A model generated the notes under the pieces. That model saw only the letters and a program-made list of their open reading frames with translations, made no database searches and was not told the DNA's origin. A stretch of DNA of 25,683 bases from an archaeon (GTDB taxonomy: Archaea > Micrarchaeota > Micrarchaeia > Norongarragalinales > UBA97). Shown here one piece after another: positions 15,324 to 23,671 of this stretch. The DNA is taken from positions 1 through 25,683 of the forward strand of contig JAGVFW010000017.1 in the NCBI GenBank assembly GCA_020057405.1, read 5' to 3'. The first letter of the stretch is position 1; every line of letters begins with the position of its first letter. Made by a program: the position numbers and the translations under genes.

Positions 15324-16880
15324 TCAGGCCTTGCCCTGTTTTTTGAGCGCGTAATTCTGCGTCACGCGGCACACTTCGGAGAGTTCGCGCACGCCTTTTG
15401 CGTTAAGGTCGCGAAGAACTTGCTCCCGTGCCTCTAGTTCCGCCAGAACCGAGTCGCGCGTGCCGCCCGCGTACTTGGCAAGCATTTGCACGTAATTGGA
15501 TTGCGCTCCCGTAGGGCCGATGGTGTCCTTGACCGGGTCCCACTCGTAGAGCACTTGCATGCTTGGCATCGCGCCGGGTTCGGAGGGGACGAGTTCGGCA
15601 ATTTCGCTCACGCGCCTGATGAGGCCCTTGCGCCTGTCGTAGATGCGTTGCTGCATGATGATGAAGTTGAGCGCTGAAAGCATGATGGTCGGCACGCTCA
15701 TCGGCGGACTCGTGAGGCGAGAGATCGTTTCGCGCGCGCTGTTTGAGTGAAGCGTACCGCACACTCCCCTGTGTCCGGTGTTCATGGCGCTAAAGAGCGT
15801 GTAGGCCTCCTCGCCGCGGATTTCGCCGATGATGATCCTATCCGGTCTCATGCGCAGCGCGTTTTTCAAAAGCGTGTTGGCGTCAATCTCGCCAGTGCCC
15901 TCGACCCCGGGAGGCCGCACTTCAAAGCGCACCCAGTGGTCAAAAGGCAGCTTGATTTCTGCAATGTCCTCGATGCTAACGAGCCGCTCGTAGTTGGGCA
16001 CAAAGCTTGTAATCGAGTTAAGCGTAGTTGTCTTTCCGCTTGCCGTCCCGCCTGCGATGATGAGGTTTGCCGGCATCGCGCCCATGCCCTCCGAAATGAG
16101 CCAGAGGAACGCGGCGATCTCGTAGTTAAGCGTGCCGTTGTTGATGAGGTCAATGATGCTGATCGGGTCGGTCCGAAACTTCCGTAGCGTGATGGTCGCG
16201 CCGTTTAGGCTCACAGGCGACAGCGTGGCGTTCACGCGCGTGCCGTTTGGCAGCCTCGCGTCAAGGAGCGGCGACTGCAAGTCAATGCGCCTGCCGATGT
16301 TGCGGGCGATTCGATCAATGAGGTCGGTGATGTCCCGGTCCTCATAAAAGACGATGTTCGTCTTCATCATCTCATACTTTCGGTGGAAGACGTAGACGGG
16401 CTTGCCAGTGCCGATTACCATCACTTCCTCTAGCGCGTCGTCGGAAACGAGCGGGTCAAGCAGGCTGAAGCCCACCATCTCGCGAACGACTGCCTTGGCG
16501 TAGAATTCTTTCGAGTTTGCCGGGATTTTTAGCTCGGGATAGGCGTCGATGATTTCAAGAACGCGGGCGACGTACCTGTCGCGCGCATCAGATTTGGTCT
16601 CAAAGAGCGCCTCATCCACGTTGATTACGCGCGCAGCAACGTCAAGGATGGCGTCGATGAGCTCCTTTTCCTCTCCCCGGTAGCGTGGTACGGGCACTTC
16701 ATAAAGCAGCAGGGGCTCGCCCCTGGCTTTGTATACGCTTGCCTCTCCGTAAGAGTCAACTAGTATGCGCTCGCCGGAGGCGTCTGGAGTTCCAGCCGAC
16801 GCAGGCTGGACGCTTGGAGCTACCTGCCGTGCAGGCGATTCCATCTTGGCTTTTCGCAAAAGATCATAGAGAACGGGCAT
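15324..16880 (-). CDS. type IV pilus assembly ATPase (CpaF/TadA/VirB11 family)
   Basis: Walker A GGTASGKTT, Asp box SIEDIAE, Walker B LRMRPDRIIIGEIRG, His box TGH...TLHSNS. Confidence 0.96.
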   Translation of the reverse strand: MPVLYDLLRKAKMESPARQVAPSVQPASAGTPDASGERILVDSYGEASVYKARGEPLLLYEVPVPRYRGEEKELIDAILDVAARVINVDEALFETKSDARDRYVARVLEIIDAYPELKIPANSKEFYAKAVVREMVGFSLLDPLVSDDALEEVMVIGTGKPVYVFHRKYEMMKTNIVFYEDRDITDLIDRIARNIGRRIDLQSPLLDARLPNGTRVNATLSPVSLNGATITLRKFRTDPISIIDLINNGTLNYEIAAFLWLISEGMGAMPANLIIAGGTASGKTTTLNSITSFVPNYERLVSIEDIAEIKLPFDHWVRFEVRPPGVEGTGEIDANTLLKNALRMRPDRIIIGEIRGEEAYTLFSAMNTGHRGVCGTLHSNSARETISRLTSPPMSVPTIMLSALNFIIMQQRIYDRRKGLIRRVSEIAELVPSEPGAMPSMQVLYEWDPVKDTIGPTGAQSNYVQMLAKYAGGTRDSVLAELEAREQVLRDLNAKGVRELSEVCRVTQNYALKKQGKA

Positions 16881-16910
16881 ACTGTGCTTAGCCCGACAGT
16901 ATAGAAAAGC

Positions 16911-18008
16911 TTACTGGTTTGTCTTGAGGTTAACGGTTATCGGGATAGATATTCCCGGGCTGTTAAGGCACGTGCCGGTAATCTGGAGCGAGCCAAAGTA
17001 AGACTCCGTATCAGGCAATGATGGGGGCGTGATGCGAAGCAAGATGTAGTTTTTGTCGCCAGGCGCAATCGCGTTTCTCCCGTTTTTGCTATCTCCGAGC
17101 ACTTCGATGTTAAAGCAACTTTTGCCGTCGGAACCGCACGCGCTCTGAAGATTTCCATCGAGGACAAGCCGGGTCGCGAAGTTCTCAAGCGTTACCGTGC
17201 CGGTATTTCGCACCGTAATCCGCCGCGCCTTGTCAGAGCCAGGCGTGTACGAGATTTCCGACTCGCTCGTCTCAAGCTGCAGGGGCTTTCCGACTGAACC
17301 GCCTATCTCGACTTTCTTTGTAGTGCCCTTGACCCTGATGGCGCCGCTAAGCGCTACGCCGCTGTCGGAACCCGAAGTGTCTGGAAGTTCTGCAAAAACG
17401 CTAAAGTTGGCAGACTCATTGGGGCCAATCACCCGAGAGCTTCCTTGAACTGCGAAGTAGCGGCTGAAATCAGTGTCGCCCTCGGAAACCAGTTCTGCAG
17501 AGAACGGGTCATCGCCAAAATTCGTGACCTCGAGGTAGAACCGGTCCCGGCAGGCGCTTGCGAAAGACTGCGGGATGTCGGTCGCGGTAATTTCGATGCC
17601 GTTTTTCCGCTCCACCTGCACTATGATGGTGTTTGCGCCTTCTGTAAGCAGCACGGGAGTGCTGGCAATGTTGTAGCCGCTTCCGGCCTCAACCGAAATG
17701 AACATCTGCGTCTGCGTCGGCAGGCCGTCAAAAACCGCCGTGCCGCCTGCTGTAGTGAGCTGCGTTGTGCCAACCGACTTTCCGGACGCGTCTGTAAAGT
17801 ACACCTGCGCGCTGTCAAGCGCCCCCCCGTCAAGCTCGCTGACTGTCACGATGACTGAACCGGGCTTCGGTGCCAAAAAGAAAAAATAATACGCGGCTAC
17901 AATCACGACGAGGGCCGCAACAATGTAGATGAGATACGGCTTAACCGGCGCTAGGGCTGCCTTGGCCTTCTCTAAAATGCCCTCTTCCTCTCCAATGTTG
18001 TAGTCCAT
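16911..18008 (-). CDS. membrane-anchored surface protein with beta-sandwich (Ig-like / carboxypeptidase-regulatory-like) domains
   Basis: N-terminal TM (YLIYIVAALVVIVAAYYFFF). Beta-rich motifs LEVTNFGD, ITVRNTGTVTL, IAPGD. TATA (TTATAAA) about 26 nt upstream. Confidence 0.8.
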   Translation of the reverse strand: MDYNIGEEEGILEKAKAALAPVKPYLIYIVAALVVIVAAYYFFFLAPKPGSVIVTVSELDGGALDSAQVYFTDASGKSVGTTQLTTAGGTAVFDGLPTQTQMFISVEAGSGYNIASTPVLLTEGANTIIVQVERKNGIEITATDIPQSFASACRDRFYLEVTNFGDDPFSAELVSEGDTDFSRYFAVQGSSRVIGPNESANFSVFAELPDTSGSDSGVALSGAIRVKGTTKKVEIGGSVGKPLQLETSESEISYTPGSDKARRITVRNTGTVTLENFATRLVLDGNLQSACGSDGKSCFNIEVLGDSKNGRNAIAPGDKNYILLRITPPSLPDTESYFGSLQITGTCLNSPGISIPITVNLKTNQ

Positions 18009-18059
18009 TTCAAACTAAGTTGTCGAGCCGGCTTTATAATCGCTTGCGGTAAGCGCAGC

Positions 18060-19880
18060 TCACTTCGCCTTGCCTATCCCGAGCGCCTTTTTCACGTCCT
18101 CTGGCGCGGCAACGAGCCTCAGCTCCCGCATTGCAGCCTCAAAGCTGCCGGCGGCTTTGACCAGCTGGCTGACTTTCTCAAACGGCAGCCGCGTGAGGCC
18201 GGCAGCAACGACGACTTTTTGCGCCGGCAGTCCCGACTCCGCCATCCGCCTTAAGAGTTCCGGCATCGCCGCCTTGACGATTTTTTCTTCAGACAAAAGC
18301 TTGAACGCGGCCATGATTTCAGTTTGCGGCACGCCGTCTATTGCAACGCCCTCGCGGCGCAGTGCGGTTGTCGTCTGCAAGAGAACTCCGGCTGCGTAGC
18401 CGGGCTCGATTTCCCTAAGCCCGACTACTTTTTCAAACAATTCGGCGTGCTCGCTTGTCACAAGCTCGCGCGCAATCGCGGGCTGCAGTCCCGCCTTCTC
18501 GTAAGCTTTCGCCTGTTCCTCAAATGACGGAGGCAGCGCATGTTGGAGGGCCGAGAGTTTCTTTGAGTCAACTGCAATCGGGGGCACGTCAGTCTCAGGA
18601 TACATCCTTGCCGAGCCGGGCAGCGGCCTCATGAACTTGCTGATGTTGCCAGCCGCTTTGCGCGTTTCCTTAGGTACGCCGTCAAATGCCGCAAGCGCGC
18701 GCTTTTGCACAGCCTCAAGCCCGGCGACCGTGCGCGCTTCCGAGTCCGAAAAACAGGCCGCCCACGCGTCGCGCGAGCTGCAGGAAAGCGAGTTTGCAAC
18801 CGCTTGCGCCTCGGCCGGCCCGATGCCGTACTTGCTTAAGTCCTCGTCCGAGTGGATGATGCCCGTAACCCCTGCGTGTGCCTTTGCGTAATCGCTTAGT
18901 TCGGTCCCAAAGCGGTGGCCGGGCATCAGCTCTTTTCCTAAAAGCCCGGCAAACCCCTCGAGCTTGACTGCCATCACCTGCTGGCGTTTATCAAGCGCGC
19001 TTCGCACAAGCTTGGATTGCGTACTGCTAAAGACGGCGGCAACGCTTTTGAAACCCGACTCGCTTTTAGGCGCACCCCGCTTCTTCAACTCGTCGCGAAT
19101 CCACAAAAGCCACTCTTGCCTCGAGCCCTCATTCTCCACAATCGCCTCAAGCGATGCGAGTTCCTGCACGCCCTTAATCTCGCAGCGCGTGCCACCCGCG
19201 ACGCTCACGTTAAGGTCCTGCCTTATCGTGCCGATGCCGCGCTTGACTAGCCCCCTGGCACTGCGCAAAAGCATTCCGATTGCCTCCGCCGTTTCCCGCG
19301 CCTGCTTTCCGCTAGTGATTTCGGGCGCAGTCGCAATCTCGATTAACGGCACGCCCGACCGGTCAAGCCTATAAGACGCGGTTGCGGCCTTCTGCTCAAC
19401 GATGCCGGCGCTTTCCTCCTCAAGGCAAATAGTGGGAATGGTAATCACGCCGCTTTGCGTCTTCACCCTCCCGTTGACCGCGATTAAGGCCGTCCTCTGG
19501 AAGCCCGAAGGCGCACTGCCGTCAACTACGGTCTTTCGCATGAACCGCACCTGGTCAAGCACGCGTGCCTCAAGCATGAGCGAGACTTTAAGCGACGTTT
19601 CAACCGCCTCGGGGCTGGGCTCTCGGGGCGGCTCGTCGTCTGCCTCGACAAGGCAGGTGTTCTCGTCAAAGAGCAGGTATGTGAATTCGCGTGTCCTGCC
19701 GGCCTCAAAAGCCGCCGAAGGGTCGACTTGCCCAAGCTCACCAGCGACCGCCCTGAGCCTTCGCCTCATCGTGGCGACGGGCTCGGCGTCATCGCGCGTC
19801 TCGTTCGGACACCTGCAGAAAAGTTTTGTCGGCGATGCGAGCCGCTGGTGAATTTCAAGCCCGCATTTGATTCTAGCCAT
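18060..19880 (-). CDS. gatE: Glu-tRNA(Gln) amidotransferase subunit E
   Basis: CGLEIHQRL..TKLFCRC, RRLRAVAGELGQVD, MRKTVVDGS.PSGFQRT, LDRSGVPLIEIAT, KRGIGTIRQDLNVS, AspRS-like insertion (GIIHSDE), RPLPGSARMYPETD. Confidence 0.97.
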   Translation of the reverse strand: MARIKCGLEIHQRLASPTKLFCRCPNETRDDAEPVATMRRRLRAVAGELGQVDPSAAFEAGRTREFTYLLFDENTCLVEADDEPPREPSPEAVETSLKVSLMLEARVLDQVRFMRKTVVDGSAPSGFQRTALIAVNGRVKTQSGVITIPTICLEEESAGIVEQKAATASYRLDRSGVPLIEIATAPEITSGKQARETAEAIGMLLRSARGLVKRGIGTIRQDLNVSVAGGTRCEIKGVQELASLEAIVENEGSRQEWLLWIRDELKKRGAPKSESGFKSVAAVFSSTQSKLVRSALDKRQQVMAVKLEGFAGLLGKELMPGHRFGTELSDYAKAHAGVTGIIHSDEDLSKYGIGPAEAQAVANSLSCSSRDAWAACFSDSEARTVAGLEAVQKRALAAFDGVPKETRKAAGNISKFMRPLPGSARMYPETDVPPIAVDSKKLSALQHALPPSFEEQAKAYEKAGLQPAIARELVTSEHAELFEKVVGLREIEPGYAAGVLLQTTTALRREGVAIDGVPQTEIMAAFKLLSEEKIVKAAMPELLRRMAESGLPAQKVVVAAGLTRLPFEKVSQLVKAAGSFEAAMRELRLVAAPEDVKKALGIGKAK

Positions 19881-19897
19881 TTTCTCATTCTTCCCCT

Positions 19898-21436
19898 TTA
19901 GTGCCTGAAGTGCCTATGCCCGCTAAACGCCATCGCAATCCCGCGCTCGTTGCAGGCGGCGACGACTTCGCCGTCGCGGATGCTGCCGCCAGGCTGGATG
20001 ATTGCGGCGACCCCAGCGTCTGCAGCGGAGTCGATTGCGTCGCGGAACGGAAAGAACGCCTCGCTTGCCATCGAGCTGCCGGCGACTTCAAAGCCGTTTT
20101 TTCTCGCGCGCTCTACTGCAATCCTAACTGAATCCACGCGGCTGGTCTGCCCGATGCCAAAGCCGATTGCCTGGCCCGACACTGCAAGCACGATTGCGTT
20201 TGACACGCAGTGCTTGACGTACTTTAGCGCGAATTCCATCGCAGCCACCTGGCCGCCCGACGGCTTGACCTTCGTCGGGAACGACAGTTCCCCCTCCTCG
20301 CAGCAGTCGCTCTCCTGCACGAGGACACCGCCGAGAATGCTCCGGTACTCGACTTCCTTTTGCCGTGGTGCGGCAAAGAAGTTCGACGCGTCAAGCACGC
20401 GCAGGTTCTTTTTTTCAGACAAGACTTCAATCGCCTGCGGCTCAAAGCCGGGTGCAATCACGACTTCAAAGAAGCGTTCGGCAATGGCTCCCGCAGCGCT
20501 GGCGTCAAGGGGCCTGTTGAAAGAGACGATGCCGCCAAATGCGGAGGTGGGGTCGCAGGCGAGCGCCTTTGCGTACGCCTCTACGGGCGTCTTGCCCGTC
20601 GCTCCGCCGCAGGCGTTTGCGTGCTTTAGTATCGAGCAGCTGCACTCGCTCCCCCAGTCCTCCAGTGCGAGCTTGAGTGCAAACGACGAGTCAAGAAAAT
20701 TGTTGTAGCTCATCTCCTTTCCCTGCAGTTGCCTCATGCCGGAAACGCTGGGCCCTGCTCCTACCCCAGATGCGGCGTAAAGCGCACCCCTCTGGTGCGG
20801 GTTCTCGCCATAACGCAGTTCCTGCACTTTCTCAAGCACCTCGACAACCCGTTTTTCCGGAAAGCCGGCGCCGAAGTGTCGTGCAATCGCCGAGTCGTAA
20901 GCGGCAGTAAGCGCGAAAGCGATTTTGGCAAACTCCCTTCTAGTCGCGTTGGCGACATGGCCGCCGTTGCGCAGCTCCTCAACCACCGTGGCATACTGCG
21001 ACGATGAAGTGACGATGGCAACGTCTTCCCAGTTCTTTGCAGCTGCGCGGGTGAGTGCAACCCCGCCAATGTCAATGAGCTCGATAAGCTCGTCCTCGCT
21101 TGCTCCCGCCGCTATGCCCGCCTCAAACGGGTAGAGGTTGACGACGACGATGTCGATTGCCTTTACCCCGTTTCGCGCGACTTCGTCCTCGTGAGATGCA
21201 GACCCGCGCTTGTATAAGATGCCCGCGTGGATTCGCGGATGAAGCGTTTTGACGCGTCCCCCGATTAATTCTGCCGCGCCAGTGTAGTCGCTTGCTTCAG
21301 TGACCGGCAAGCCCGCGCTTCTCAAGACTGCCGCAGTGCCCCCTGTTGCCATGAGCTCGAAGCCCCGCGCCGATAGCTCGGCTGAAAACTCGGCGACTCC
21401 CGCCTTGTCGTGGACGCTTATTAGTGCAACCGGCAT
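19898..21436 (-). CDS. purH: bifunctional AICAR formyltransferase / IMP cyclohydrolase
   Basis: LISVHDK, GGRVKTLHP, IDIGG, LRYGENPHQ, SYNN, KHANACG, SAFGG, AFFPFRD, QPGGSIRD, RHFRH. Confidence 0.97.
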   Translation of the reverse strand: MPVALISVHDKAGVAEFSAELSARGFELMATGGTAAVLRSAGLPVTEASDYTGAAELIGGRVKTLHPRIHAGILYKRGSASHEDEVARNGVKAIDIVVVNLYPFEAGIAAGASEDELIELIDIGGVALTRAAAKNWEDVAIVTSSSQYATVVEELRNGGHVANATRREFAKIAFALTAAYDSAIARHFGAGFPEKRVVEVLEKVQELRYGENPHQRGALYAASGVGAGPSVSGMRQLQGKEMSYNNFLDSSFALKLALEDWGSECSCSILKHANACGGATGKTPVEAYAKALACDPTSAFGGIVSFNRPLDASAAGAIAERFFEVVIAPGFEPQAIEVLSEKKNLRVLDASNFFAAPRQKEVEYRSILGGVLVQESDCCEEGELSFPTKVKPSGGQVAAMEFALKYVKHCVSNAIVLAVSGQAIGFGIGQTSRVDSVRIAVERARKNGFEVAGSSMASEAFFPFRDAIDSAADAGVAAIIQPGGSIRDGEVVAACNERGIAMAFSGHRHFRH

Positions 21437-21439
21437 TTT

Positions 21440-22771
21440 TTACACCAAAAACTCCCTTTCGGTTAAGCGCGAGTTAAGCTCGCCTGCCATGTTGTGCGCC
21501 ATTGCAGCCGCCACTTCGCCGGGCTTGCGGTTTGCAAGCACCCAGCCGAGCTTGACGTAAGCCGTTTCGGGCAGCATGTCCCCGCAGTAAATAACTCCCA
21601 TCGATTTCATCAGCCGGGCAGTCTCGTAGACGAACGCGTTTGTGGTGCCATACAAGCATTGCGTGGCAACCGCGACCGTAACGCCGGCGTCAATGGCTTT
21701 CTTGATGGGAGCCTCCCACGCGAATTTCTTGTCAAGGGGCCGCATGGGAACGTGGCCGAGCGCCGTTCCCTCAATCACCACGCCCTTGTACTTCTTTGAC
21801 ACTAGGTAGTCGAGCAGGTCTGGAGGCGAACCCGGATAGGCTTTTAGTATTGCCGTCTTTTCCTCAAAGCCGGGCTTGACGACGACCTTGCCTTCCCCGC
21901 GCTCGCGGCATTCCTGTAGCTTCTCAATCCTGCCATCGGGCCATATCTTGGCAAGCGGCAGGTCGTTGATTGGCCGGAAAGCATCTCGGCGGGAAGTGTG
22001 CATCTTTCTTGCCTTTGTCGCGCGAATGGCGTGGCAGTAGCTGTCGTCGGAATTCGCGTGCATCACGATTGCCACTTCCGCAATGTCGCCCCTGCCGGCG
22101 TAGTGCGCAGCGCCAATCAGGTTCATCGTACCGTCAAAGCTGCCGCGGTCGGGCGACTTCATGGCGCCGACCAGTGCGACTGGCTTTGAGAGGCCGTCGA
22201 GCATGAATGAAAGAGCGGCGCCAGTGTAGTGGAGCGTGTCGGTCCCGTGCATCACGATTGCGCCGTCGGCACCCGCGTTTAATTCCTTGGCAACCTCTTT
22301 TGCGATTCCCGACCACTCGCGGGGCGACATGTTCTCGCTGAATATTCGGAACGGCGAGAGCATTTTTCTAAAGTTCACTATGCCCTCGAGTTCCGGCGTG
22401 CCTTCGAAAATCTCTTCGGGCGAGAGTGCGGGCTTAACCCCGCCAAGGGTGTAGTCAACTCGCGCGCTTATCGTGCCCCCCGTCGCTATCATCGAGATTT
22501 CAGGCAGGCCGGCGCGCTTTTTCGGCACTCTTGTAACCGGCTTGACCGAGGCGACCTTGGGCCTTAGTTTCTCGACCACGCAGCCTTTTGCGCACTTTAT
22601 GCTCATGTCGTAGCCGCTTGACAGCTTGATGACGATGCAGTCCTCATCGCCGGCGACATTCGGCATCAGTGTTCCCGAATAGTCGAGGCCGCTTGCCTTT
22701 ACCCTCACCACGTCGCCTTCACTGGCGCCCGACTTTTTGATTGCGGCATTGACTGCCTTTGAGTACGCCAT
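21440..22771 (-). CDS. gatD: Glu-tRNA(Gln) amidotransferase subunit D
   Basis: GatD N-terminal barrel (IKLSSGYD), TGGTIS.RVDY, HGTDT, RKMHTSRRDAF, DMLPETAYVKLGW. Confidence 0.97.
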   Translation of the reverse strand: MAYSKAVNAAIKKSGASEGDVVRVKASGLDYSGTLMPNVAGDEDCIVIKLSSGYDMSIKCAKGCVVEKLRPKVASVKPVTRVPKKRAGLPEISMIATGGTISARVDYTLGGVKPALSPEEIFEGTPELEGIVNFRKMLSPFRIFSENMSPREWSGIAKEVAKELNAGADGAIVMHGTDTLHYTGAALSFMLDGLSKPVALVGAMKSPDRGSFDGTMNLIGAAHYAGRGDIAEVAIVMHANSDDSYCHAIRATKARKMHTSRRDAFRPINDLPLAKIWPDGRIEKLQECRERGEGKVVVKPGFEEKTAILKAYPGSPPDLLDYLVSKKYKGVVIEGTALGHVPMRPLDKKFAWEAPIKKAIDAGVTVAVATQCLYGTTNAFVYETARLMKSMGVIYCGDMLPETAYVKLGWVLANRKPGEVAAAMAHNMAGELNSRLTEREFLV

Positions 22772-23257
22772 TTACTTCTTCCCCTCTGCCTGGATGTGAA
22801 TCGCGCCCGCTTCCTTAGTCGAATAGAAAGACTCAAACGTGAGGGTCTTGTCGACTCCGGGGATTTCGCGAAGCACGTCGAAGACGAACTCGCCAATCTC
22901 GCGCGTGCTCCCGCCCCGCACCTTTAGGATGATGTCCCACTCGCCCGTAATCACGTAGGCTTCCTGCACAATCGGGATTGACGAAATGCGTTCGGCAATC
23001 TGCTTGAATGTGGCCAACTGCTTTCCCTGCTCCGAGCGGTACCTAAGGCTAATCAGCACGAACGAAGTCGCCGGCTTGCCCACCTTCTCCGCATCAAGGA
23101 TTGCCGCGTACTTTTTAATAACTCCTTCCTTCTCGAGCTGGCGCACGCGGTCGTGAGCCGTGCTAAGTGGCATTCCTGCCGCCTTGGCCAGTTCCTTCAG
23201 CCCCGCCCGGCCGTTCTCCTGAAGCGCCATCAGCAAGGCGACGTCTTTTGCCTTCAT
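22772..23257 (-). CDS. Lrp/AsnC family transcriptional regulator
   Basis: LQENGR...ELAKAAG...STAHDRVRQLEKEGVIKKY HTH and RAM domain (ITGEWDIILKV). Stop abuts the gatD ATG. Confidence 0.95.
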   Translation of the reverse strand: MKAKDVALLMALQENGRAGLKELAKAAGMPLSTAHDRVRQLEKEGVIKKYAAILDAEKVGKPATSFVLISLRYRSEQGKQLATFKQIAERISSIPIVQEAYVITGEWDIILKVRGGSTREIGEFVFDVLREIPGVDKTLTFESFYSTKEAGAIHIQAEGKK

Positions 23258-23368
23258 ATTAATATCCCGTAAGATTTCCGAAAATATTAGTGAAAAGACG
23301 TATATTTAATACTTTTTACGGGTTTTTTTGCACAAACTATTTAACTACGAATCTCGCAAAAGTAGTTA
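23258..23368. promoter_or_regulatory. AT-rich divergent control region with inverted repeats
   Basis: CCCGTAA (23266-23272) / TTACGGG (23316-23322). TAACTAC-N13-GTAGTTA (23342-23368). TATA-like TATTTAA at about 23303 and 23338. Confidence 0.5.
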
Positions 23369-23491
23369 CCCGAATTCTGCCTTGGGGCGTCGGGGAAGAC
23401 CGCGGCTCATTCAAATTCTAGGATTGCCTCCTTGGGGTTGCCCGGACTCTCCGCCCCTAATCTCTGTAGCTCTAGTCGGAGGACTGTAGTC

Positions 23492-23671
23492 ATGGACACA
23501 ATCACCTACTGTGAAGTATGCAACCAATTATCAAACAATGAAGTTCGGCAAGTCAACCGCAACGGCGAGTTTTTCGCCGCCTGCAAAGCCTGCCGCTTCA
23601 AGTACGGGCTTGCGCCACTGCCGCTACCCGTTGGGGCGCTCGGGTCCATGCCCGAAGCCTCGCCAGGCTAA
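23492..23671 (+). CDS. small zinc-finger-like protein (59 aa, CxxC...CxxC)
   Basis: MDTITYCEVCNQ...ACKACRFKYGL. GGAGG at 23478-23482, 9 nt before ATG 23492. Confidence 0.72.
   Translation: MDTITYCEVCNQLSNNEVRQVNRNGEFFAACKACRFKYGLAPLPLPVGALGSMPEASPG

Noticed and set aside
8827-16880. Archaellum or conjugative T4SS interpretation
   Set aside because: No archaellin, FlaH/F/G, VirB4, VirD4 or relaxase. Two TadB/C-like genes plus Q+1/E+5 pilins fit a type IV pilus.
19950-20708. 252-aa plus-strand ORF and similar shadow ORFs across the window
   Set aside because: Antisense to well-supported genes such as purH; expected at this GC content.
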